Positions 39,714 to 51,600 of a DNA stretch of 64,000 nt are shown piece after piece. The DNA comes from Ginglymostoma cirratum (taxonomy: Eukaryota). Position 1 is the stretch's first letter. The number at the start of each line of letters is the position of its first letter. The position numbers and the translations under genes are program-made. The stretch covers positions 27,026,938 through 27,090,937 of the forward strand of contig JAHRHZ010000038.1 in NCBI GenBank assembly GCA_024137785.1, in the 5' to 3' direction. The notes under the pieces were generated by a model. That model did not search any database. It was not told the DNA's origin and saw only the letters and a list, made by a program, of their open reading frames with translations.

Positions 39714-42623
39714 CTGAAACAGAAACCAGATCTATTACTAGTTGTAGCAAAGGAGGGGGCAGGAAGAGAAACTGACAGGTGTGGAAAACAGAAATAATGG
39801 AAAGTGAGTGGAAGATAGGTGATCGAAGAGGAAAGGAGGGAGCAAGCAGAGAGAAACAACTAAACTACAGGACAGGAATTAGAACTATATGCTACTGTAA
39901 ATGTCAGGACATGCTCCGAGAGAGTGCATATATAGTTACAGATTCCTATAAAGCACTTATGGCAGCATAACAGTTCTGTAAAAAAAGATACTTGAAAGAA
40001 TGGGTTCAGTTTCAAACTATTTGGATCATGCACCAGAATCCTCACCGCGTCCCCTCAAGAGCAACACATCATACAAGCAACCAATAGTTCCATCACAACT
40101 CAGCCTCTTGGCCAAGTAGAACTAGACCATGGTGACCTAATGCTGACCTTTAGACCGCACATCCTAAATACATCATTATAACTAATGCCCAGATCCAGCT
40201 CACATTTGCTTCTACAACGCCACAATGCTTATTCGCTCATTACCAGCTCAAATTCTTTAAAGCCATCTTCACAGGGTTCTCTTTCTTCACATTCTATCAG
40301 CTTCAAAGCTCATATGTCGCTTTTCTGTCTTGCTCACTCAATCACTCTGACCCTCAAGGACCCATATTCACTCTTACCAAACTAGCCTTCTTCAAATTCC
40401 TCTTCTCAAATCACTCTAACAACTTGTTATTCCTGGAACATCTTCCTGTTGTTTATCACTCTGGCACGCTTACATCTTCAGACTCTGGTCTTCCATACAT
40501 TCCCATTTCCCTTTGGCCCATGGCCATAATAGACCTTCACCTGTTTTGGCACTACTCTCTTTAACACCATCTCTAAATCTCTCTGCCGCTCCCTTGCTTA
40601 TTTCTTGAAGTATACTTTCATGACTTAGCAATCATTGTTCTATTTCTCCTCTCATTTCTATTTCCTGCCCGATTCAGTCCATTTTCCATGCTAAAAGCAC
40701 TATAAAGTTTTCAGTGCTGTACCACAGCAAGATCGCCAAAATGCCTGATTCCAAAGTTTAGGTATTACACAGCGAGGGGATTTAGTTTTAATATTCCTTC
40801 TTGGGATACAAGTAGCAATGTCAAGGCCATCCCTTGAGAAGGTGGTGCTGGCAGTGCTTAAGTGAAAAGGGGACAGGGCAAGACAAGTGAGGACACACTT
40901 AAGATGTAGCTCTCCAAAATTAGGATTCTGAACTACTGAACTGTCCAACTGGAAGGGTAATGAGTGTTTTGGAATGCAATAGCAGTTTACTGGAAATGGG
41001 CAGAATTTCAGTTCAAGTACCTAATATCCACATGCTTTTAAAGTTGGAAGTGCAGTAACAGGCTAGATCAATAATTAGGTTCAAATTGTCTTTGCTCTTC
41101 AGCATGCAAACTACAAGTGCAATTGTGTGTACATCAGCTTATGTTGAAGTATCATTTAAATATTGAATCGTCCCCATTACTTCAGTTACAAGCACTCAGA
41201 CCTCAGAAAATGAACATGCTGTTAACCACAACTTTTATTCTACACTACACTTAACTACACAAAGCAGGTAACTAGGGTACTACTTTAGAGTAGCTTTGAG
41301 TGTTTAATTAAAGAAAATAGCTCAAATGTACAAAATTGAAGTGAAATTGATAGCATTCCATGGGAATTCTCAAATTAGCTCTAATAAAAGCTCACAGTAA
41401 GGTGAAAACAGGAGAGAAAGAAATTGGGGAGCTATTTATTGCAAAATTTAAGTCGAAGGAACATCCAATTAAGGACAGTTTCATCAATTTCATCTGCATT
41501 GTACTATTAATTACTTCTTGGCCTCTGATATTATTATAGTAATTTTTCTTCGGGAAAATCAAACTTCATATTTTGATTGCTCACCAATCTCGATTAATAG
41601 ACACACAATACGGACAAACACGTTTGATCAATTTAAATCTCTTAGCTCCTTGAAGCTTCAGCCGAGTAAGACATTAAGCAGCTGATCCACACAAACCAAC
41701 AAGACCTGAGAAGCCTTGGAATACAGCGAGAGCCAAAAATGATCTCAGCATCCTCACATTAGAAAGAGGAATAAAGGAATAGGTCAAAATCCAATTTCCA
41801 ATGAATAAACGACACTCGGAAATACAAAAGACCCAACTTAATTCTCTCTGTGGCACAAGTGATGTGTTAAAAACAAAAACACTAAGATAAAGGAACCCCA
41901 GAAACCCATACTAAATGTGACAGTGGGGATTCATGAACACAAGTGTTGAATACAGGGGACACAGGAGGAGTAGGCCACTTGAATCCGCATCACCATTCAT
42001 TAAGTTCATGGCTGATCTGAATACTTCACATTCCTGCCTACTCAGGACAGCTTTTCATTCCCTTACTTACCAAGAAAATGTCTACTACAGCCTTAAATAA
42101 AAATTCAAAGATTCTTATTCTACCACCTTTTAAAAGAAGAGTTCCAAATACACACAAACTTCTGCAAGAAAACATTTCTCTTCATCTGTACACATTGTGC
42201 AAGCCCCTATTTTGTAATAGTGTTACCTAGCTCTAGATTCTCAAAAGAGGAAGCATCTCTTTGCATAACCTCCCAGTCAGACCAGAGGAATACTGTGAAT
42301 TTGACTATTGTGCCTCCTTAGCTAATTCAGGGGGATACCTATAAACAACGGACAAACATTTCATTTTGAACAAACATTTGGGCACTTTATTACATACCTC
42401 ATCAGCCAGAAGTGACAACTCATTACTGTCTGCAGCATCGTAATCATAGAGCACCCGTGCCTTTCTGGTGCCACTGGGTGGCACTTTATAATCATTACTA
42501 CCAGGTACTGGACAGTTCGGTATGCATAGTGGGACGGAAGATGCAGAACTTGGCACAACACTTGGTGAAAGGGAAGCCGAAGCTGTCTGATTGTTGTTGG
42601 AAGAAAACGTGGTTGGAAAACTG

Positions 42624-42662
<39 letters not shown>

Positions 42663-45600
42663 TCAAGTATTAGTACAAGGAACAGTGACTTCTGGATCTA
42701 GTCTTCAGATCATATGTCATTACTTCCTTTTAATATTAAAGTTTCCATTCTGGCACCTACCTTAAAAAGTAAGTGAAGAAGAGATTGGTGACATTACCAG
42801 AAACTATGCATCAACATCAACTTCTTTTACATTCTTTGCAACATGGTATAGAATCCATTCCTTGCTCATGGCGGTAACCACGATACACAGGTAACAAGTT
42901 AGATATTAAATCTTCACCCCTGTGGATTTCTCAAACTGCCCTGTGCCACCTTCACTGATTTGCATGCATATACATACAGAAACACACAAACACCCCTCTG
43001 TTACTGTGTTCCCTCTAGAATTGTGCTTTTTATTTTTCAGAGAGAACCTGAGGAAAAGATTCCAAAGGGACTGTTGGAAAGATGAGAGGTTTTGGAAAGG
43101 TTGCAGAAGAGGTTTACCAGGACACTGCCTGAATTGAAGTGTATTTCCTATAAGGAGAGGTTGGACGAACTTGGATTGTTTTTGCTCCAGCATCAGAAGC
43201 TAAGGGGCGACCTGAAAGTAGTTTATAAAATTGAGAGACATGTATTGGGTGGATAGTCAGTGTCTTTTTCCCCAGGGTGGAAATGTCAAATACTAGGGCA
43301 GCACAGATATAAGATGAGGGGCAAAAAAGTTTAAGCGAGTTTTGTTTTTAAATACAGAAGGTGGCGAGTGCTTGGAATGCGCTGCCAGGGCAGGTGACAG
43401 AAGCAGATACATTAGCAACGTTTAAGAGGCATTCAGGCAGGCATGTGAACAGGCAAGGAATAGCGGGATACAGACCATATGCAGGCAAGTGGGATTGTAT
43501 GAGAATAGCATCACGGTCGGCACAGACATGGCAGGCCAACGGGCCTGTTCCTGTGCTCTGGCAGAAAAACCTTGGCCCCCATTTTAAAACTTGCATCCCT
43601 GTATTTCAAGCCCCCTCACCTCTCTTCCTCATCTCCTCTAGCCTCTGCGACTTTGGAGTTCCATGTGGGCTGAGGAGTGTCAGATAGAGTTTAATTTAGA
43701 TAAATATGAGGTGCTGCATTTTAATAAGACAAATCAGGGCAGGACTTATCACTTAATGGTAGGGTCCTGGGGAATATTGCTAAACAAAGAGACCTTGGGG
43801 GGCAGGTTCTGAGTTCCTTCAAAGTAGAATTGCAGATAGACAGGGTAGTGAAGGTGATGTTTGATACTCTTGATGTTATTTGTCATTGCATTGAGTTCAG
43901 GAGCTGGGATCTCATGATGCAGCTGTACAGGGCATTGATTAGGACACACTTGGAATACTGCGTTCAATTCTGGTCTCCCTGCTATAGGAAAGACATTGTA
44001 AAACTTGACGGTTCAGAAAAAAATTATAAGGATGTTGCCAACATTGGAGGGTTTGTGCTATTGGAAGAGGTTGAACAGGGTGGGGCTATTTTCACTTGAT
44101 CGTCAGAGACCAAGGGGTGACCTTAGTGCTTTATAAAATCATGAGGGGCATGGACAGGGTGAATCGCCAAGGTCGTCTTACCCCAAGGGTGGGGGAGTCC
44201 AAAACTAGACGGCATAAGTTTGAGGGGAGAGGGAAAAGATTTAAGAAGGGATCTAAGAGGTAATGTTTTCACACAGAGGGCGATACGTGTACAGAATGAG
44301 CTGTCAGAGGAAGTGGAGGAAGCTGGTACAATTACAACATTTAAAAGGCATATGGATGAGCACTTGAATAGGAAGGGTTTAGGAGGGATGCAGGCCAAAT
44401 GCTGGCAAATGGGACTAGATTAATTTAAGATATCTGGTTGGCATGGAACAGTTGGACTAAAGGGTCTCTTTCGGTGCTGTACATCTCTATGACTCTATAT
44501 TGCCTGTCAACATTCTAAAACAACTCACATTACAGTGCTCTGCATTAAATTTCATCTGCCGCGTGTCTTTCAATCCCTCCAGGTTATAACTTCTTGGAGT
44601 CTATCACTATCCACCCCTCGGTTCACAATCTGCAAATTTTCACAAGTCTTGTGTCATTAAAACAGACGAAGAAAAGCAGTGATCCTAGACTGACTCCTGA
44701 GCAACCTGAAAAACAATCATTTACCACTACTCTTTAGAGAAAGAAAGAAAACTTGAACTCATATTCCTATTACACATCAGGAAGCCCCAAAGCATTTTAG
44801 TCACTTAATTATCTTTATTGGTTTGAAAATTTGTCTGTCTGTAGCTCTGCACTAAATTGTACAGGAAAGATTTAAATATCCTTAAACCTGCTTTGATATT
44901 GTGAGTCATTATTTACTGCACAAAGACCCTTTTCCACTGAAAAGCTTTATTACCTTCCAAGCTGCTTCTGTAAGTCAACCATATACTGGTAACACTGAGC
45001 ATAGTAGGTCAATTGGGCATCAACATAGTCATGCAGACAACGAAGGTGATGAGCCTGTGGGGGCAAGAAACAAAGAGCAGAATGGAAAAGACACATTGGC
45101 AAAAAAGGTCATTAAATCAGCAATTTTGCTTTTTCTTTCAAAATCATCCAAGAATTGCGAGACAGTTTAATGTGTTCAGACTGAAATGGTATCTCTAATT
45201 ACCAGTCAGGTTTTCTCTAATGGCTGTTAATGGACATCAGCAGGGAACTGGATAAGATGACAGCATTAAATAAGCAATTCAGTAAGGCCAGTGATAAGGG
45301 TTAGAGGAACTTACATGAGTGCTGCTAATTCCTTCAAGCAAAAGTCTTGTGATCTCTGCTTGGCGGTCAAATTCACTTTGTGTAATCCGCATTTCCTGCT
45401 CAGCCTACATAGAGAGTAAATAAATGTTTGGGCATTTGAACAAGGAAATAGCTTTTCGGGGGAGAAAAGACACTTCTACTTTTTAAACCAGATATTAGCT
45501 TAAAAATTCCGCTTGCCAGAAAAATATTTAGAAATCTCAGCTCAAGAATCTAATTACAAATGTTAAGGAGACTGCAGATACTGGAAGCCAGAGTCAATAA

Positions 45601-48600
45601 ACGTGGAAGCAGACAAACACAGGTCAGTCAGCTTCCGAGGAGTAGGAGAGTCAACGTTTCGGGCCGAAACCCTTCGCCAGGACTGGGGAGGAGGAGGAGG
45701 GGAGCCCAGAAATAAATAGAGGAAGGGGGTGGGGCTGGGGAAAGATAGGTGGGATAGTGATAGGTGAACGCAGATAAGGGGTTATAGTGATTAGTCAGTG
45801 TGAAGGGTCAAGCAGATATAGGAGTAGGAAGATGGACAAATTAGGACAGATTAGGGAGGCAGGACATGGGATAAGACTGGGGTAGAGACATTTTGAAGCT
45901 GAAGTAGTCAATATTCAGGCTGTTGGGCTCAAGCTCCCATGGTGAAATATTCAGGTATTGTTCCTCCAGTTTACGTTTGGCCTCACTCTGACAGTGGAGG
46001 CGGCCAAGGATGGACATATCACCAGGGGAGCGGGAGGGAGTATTGAAATGGATGGCAACCGGAAGGTCGGGTTGGTTGGTGTGCGCAGAGCGCAGATGCT
46101 CAGCAAACTGGTCCCCTAGTCTGTGTTTCGTCTCCCCAATATAAAGGGGACCACTTCAGGAGCAACGGATGCAATAAATCAGGTTGGACGTGGTGTAGGT
46201 GAATCTCCGATTTCTGGAAGGATTGTTTGGGACCTTGGAAGGAGGCGAGAGGGGAGGTCCAGGGGCAGGTGCTGCACAGAACGGTACCGGATGTGGAGGA
46301 GAGGTTGGTGGGGAGTGTAGAGGTATAAGAACTTATTTTCTGACTATTTAATTCCCATGTTAAAAAACAGTACTAGGTTTTTAAATGCCCAAGTGATGGA
46401 GAGACGATAGAATTCAACTGAAATTATCTACACATTTACTACAGATTAATCTAACTGCACAAATCAATCAATAGTTTTCTACAACTTACAATAATGAATT
46501 TAAATGTGTAATCTCATTTGAAATTGACTAAAGTGTAAAAGAAAATGGCAACTGTCACCTCAAAAACCTAGCAACAGGATCTAATGGGCAGTTTGTGTTC
46601 ATTCAGTCAACAGGTTTTTCCCACAGACTGCAATAAATTACAAGTGGAATTTTAAAAAAAAACATTTTTTCTTGTATATCTTGGTGTGAGCTTTTTATTT
46701 TAACACTGAAAACATAAAAAAAGCTTTCAAAAGACATTCTATGGGTCAACCATCAGTTGTGTTTGTGCAGCTTTTTGAATGTCACTTTCTAGCATGCAGT
46801 TTATAGATTGCCTACAGTGTGGAAACAGGCCCTTTGGCTCAACAAGTCCACACCAACCCTCAGAGCATTCACCCAGACCCATTCCCTTATAGCCCACCTA
46901 ATTTAGACATCTCTGAACACTATGGACAATTTCCCATGGCCAAACCACCTAACCTGCACATCCTTGGACTGTGGGAGGAAACCGGAGCAATATTTTCTAC
47001 AATAGCAGTTTTCCTTTGGCCAACTGCAAGCTTGTAGAGCCCCCAGATGTGAGTCAACACCTGCAGGAATTGCACACTTAAAAAGAGAAAGGCATTGATC
47101 TAGAATTAAATCATTGCAGACTTTGTGCAATCTTAATTTGTAAAGTTGATAACACTGCATATTAAAGAAGCATTAAAATAATCTAAAAATTACATGCAGA
47201 AGAAACAGCTTCAAGATGTAATTTTTAAACCTATTATGTAGAACTGCTTAAGCATTCTAATGTATGGTTATCAATAACTAAGAATGTAATTATCAACGAC
47301 TATTAAAGTGCACAGCTTGACTTTACATTTAATCATTTAAATTGCACAATATCAACACTTGCAGTGAAAGAACTAGATTGAATAGCAATCTATTTTAAAA
47401 ATAGCAATATTAGCAGACTATACAGCACAGATAGATGCTATTTCTTAATGATCAAATACAGATACTCTTTTTTCCCCACCCACTCCTGAACAGCAAGTTC
47501 TCAACTTTAGCCCATCACAAAATCTAACTGTCACTCAGCCTCCCAATGCCTGACTCAATAGTTAGATTGACAGCTATTTCAGTGCAGCTCACTTATAGCA
47601 GAAGGAACACAGAACTATGATCCAAAAGGCATGGAACTCAGTTGTAATTATACAGGTGCGTTGCACAATGCCATCCTAAAGCTCCTTTCCTACTAGACGG
47701 GACAAGAAAGCTGTTTTATAACAGGACTACCACTTCCATAAAAGAGCTGATTATTGGCAGATATTTAAAATAACTATCTGAAGTCAACATTTACTTATAG
47801 CTGCTACTCAAAAACTAAAATTCTCAAACTTTTTTTTGAAAAGCAATTCAAATATTAATCAGGTTACTGTGCAGTAAACACTTTAGGGGGTTCAGGTTTA
47901 TTACAAGAAAACAGCTTTACTTTTACTTACTTTCGTCACCTCCTCTGCCCAAAGCTGTCAAGCATTTAAACAAACAACAAAGTCACTAATTTGCAATACA
48001 TTTGTCAAATGCACAGACTTTTTAAAATAAGATGGATGACAGATGTTTAGGTGTATTATGCTAACTACTGTTCAACAAAAGAACCATAGAAGCAAACATA
48101 CCCATGGAGACAAAAATAAATTGAACTAGAGCAGCGGGTGATGCACAGTCTTAATCTGAAGACAAGTTTTGAACTTCAAGTTAACATCATACTCTTGTCA
48201 ACTGAGATTCATGTCTCTTCTGTCACACTTTAAATCAGGTAATCAATTTTTAGGAAAATGCTTGCTAAATTCTGAATGTTTCGAACAAAATGCTAAAAAC
48301 CTTTCCTCAAAAATTTTGAAAAGTATCTTATCACTAAAGTATCAAAAGAAAAGCAAGTCATCAATGCCGCCCAAAAATCAATAAGGTACATTAACATACG
48401 TAATAGTTCTTCCAAGAACTGCTCATATTACAATAATGTGTCAAAGCAAAAAGCACTATAACAAAGCAGGAAGTAGAGACCTGTGTGTCTGTATGCAGAA
48501 TGCTGTGATTTACCACATGATTCCTACAAACGGAGGAGTGGTCATGCAGCAATCACTTATTTCAACCAAATGTTGTTGTAGAAAGATATCGATTGTCAGA

Positions 48601-51600
48601 GAAAGTCCTGTGCCAGCTGTCTTGTGGTTTGCCCGACACAACTATGATAATGGAAATGGAAGGATCACCGAGATTGGAGTTCAATGAGAAACTTCCAAAA
48701 TGTGTTTCGTAAGCAGCTGTGCCAGTATTTTTGCTAAGTTATTCCATACCATAAAATTACAATAAACTGAAAGGGTACAACAATGTTTTAAAGCCTGAAT
48801 TGCTTCATTAAAACACTGGTTTTGGGAAATCCTAAATAGCTGCTTAGAACACAATGCAGCATCTCAAGGCTATAAAAGAATACTGATCTGTCAATAACTG
48901 TTTAACTCAACAAACCAATAATGCTGACTGCAAAGTAGTCTATTCCTGGTGATGCAAAAACGGTTTAAACATCAATTCAATCCAGTACAATTAAGAAAGG
49001 GTTCAACAGACTGGATCTTGTGAAACTGTCGCACTTGCTAGGGGTAAGCCAGAACAAGGGAATAATCACGTAAGATAACCATTATTACAAAGATATAATT
49101 ATGAGTTTTACACAAAAGTGGCATGAATGAGGAACGTGCTGGCACATGAAGCAATTCAAGCAGACAGCACTGAAGCATTCATGGGGCAATACCAGCAGAC
49201 AGGGTGGGAAGAGGAAATTATAATCAAAGCAGGGTCATGTGCAGTCCAGACATCAGCACAGGCCATTTGGGCCAAAGGGTTATTGCTCTCTATAAAGGGT
49301 CGATGTAATACTGTAGCTATTCTTCAGGTACTGTATTGAAACGTTCACTTAAATGTAGACACTGGTAACATCATACCACATGTTACAACACATCAGTTTA
49401 TATGTATACAAAGCAAATTTTCAGCTTTGACCAGCTGTCCACAAAGCAGGATGATAGGTAGACAGGCAGAAATACAGGCAATGACATTTCTGAAGGAAGG
49501 GCCAAACAGCTTCATTTGCCTCTAATATTTTCTTAAGAGCAAGACATCCATCCTCCCCGAGATGGGCAAGGAGCACGGTAGAAAGTGAAACTTTGGGAAA
49601 CACACAAAGGCTTACAACTGTGAGACAGTACATTCTCCAATGGGACAGTCCAGTACAATTTTAGATGGTGACAGTTAAGGGGGTAAATGTCCCTGGTTGC
49701 TATTGCACATTTTGTAGCTGTGGGATCCAAAGTGATTTTACTATAATCTCAAAGTGATTCAGCATGATAATTCTAAAGGAGATCAAAGAACCCCAACCGC
49801 TACATGTCCTGGTAACAAGTCTGTACAATTCTGCAGTACATGCATAAAGTACAACAAGATTAATATTGAACATGCTTATTGATACACCTAAAAGATTATC
49901 AAGAACTGCTGTAAGTGTTAAGCAGCAGCTGGGTACATCTAAAGTTTAAACAGTCCAATGTGAAGTTTTCCCATTTTGAACTGCAGCATCAGCTTTACCC
50001 ATATCATCACTCACTACTAAATTGCAAAACTTCAGGTCTTGTTTCTACTTAATCTTCTTCAGTAGAGAATGACTCAAATCATTAGGTATCAAAAGATACT
50101 GACTACATAATTCTGTATATAATTCCAACATGTGACAACAGTTGTGAATTTTTGCAAATATTTAAGAAAATTTCATGTGAACATTCAGTACTGAAAGGGT
50201 CAATGCAAAAATTGTATAATTACAGAATACTAAAATTGTACAATTCCAGAGGCCACAGGGGTGGGGGTCAGAAACGGTGTTGGAGTAAACAGAAGGACAG
50301 CTATACCTCCTCTTGCTATCAAATGTCAATTCAATGGCAGTCACAACATGCAATTTTAACAAGAATTAAAACAAAAAGGTGAATTATTTTAGTAGGACAA
50401 GAGATGCATCCATCTGGAATTGAGCAAATTTTGCTTCTCCTCCCAACTAAAATTACAGAGGAAGATTTATTTAAATATTAAAGCCCCAAAGAAAATTGAA
50501 AATCTAGATAAATACACTGCGGTAACGTAGGGAGAACAAGTTTTAAAATTAGTACAAAACTACTAATTCAAATCTACCTTGTTTAGTAGTTTACCCGAGA
50601 TAACAAGTACAAACTTGTCAACCCAGGATCACCAGGGTGTGATAGCAAGAGTAAGCATTCAAGTATAAAGTCAAAACACACAAGGCCAACAAACCTTCAG
50701 CCATGTTACATGCAGCAAGTTGAGCATGTAAGAGAAATTTACCATAAAGTTGTCTCCTTCAGCTTCAGAAGCGTTTAGTTGCTAGAACATTCAGGTAAAG
50801 TAAACAAGGACAAGAGACAGTCATATTAGCCAAATGACAATAACTTAAGCTATAAAGCTGAAGAGGTGCACACTGTATAAAATACAGTATACTTTAATCA
50901 ACAGTGGATTCAGGTTCACTATCATGTTATTATCGTATTGTATGGCATAATAATGCACTGTTTTAGAAATCAAACTTCTCCACTCCGATTCGCAGATGTT
51001 TGAGGAACACTGCTCTACAAGCAACAGTGCCTTGTCTAACCGGCCATGTGAGAGAGTGTTCATGTACTGGCCAGTTATTTAATTGGAAGCACCAACACCA
51101 AAACAAATTCTTTCCTCACCAACCAGCCATTGACAAATCAGTAGACAGTACTAGTAATCTGGTGTGGGATTTGTGATTTTTTTTCTCTGCTGTGTAGTCT
51201 CAGGATTACTTCTTAGCATCCAATTGCTTTGGTAGCTGGCAACTACCAACTCCCAGTTGTATACCTGGTCTAAATGCTTATTAACTTGATGTTAAGGCAC
51301 TCATCTAGATTTTATCATAGTCCGAGCCCAAATCAGTGTGAACAGCTACTGTAAAGCTCCATCAACTGAATTAAATAGCAACACCCTCACTCACATACGG
51401 GTAAGAAAGTATAACACAGATCGATAGTGTCACAGTAACAATCACATCGTGATTGCAGACCTGCTATTCTTTCGACCATTCCAAAAAACAGTATCATGGC
51501 TTTTTGAACTATTTGACAACTTATTCTAACATAGTCAAGCTTTTAAAATAACTTGTACAATTATTCAGTATCAAAATAATAGCATTTTAGTTTAATTAAA

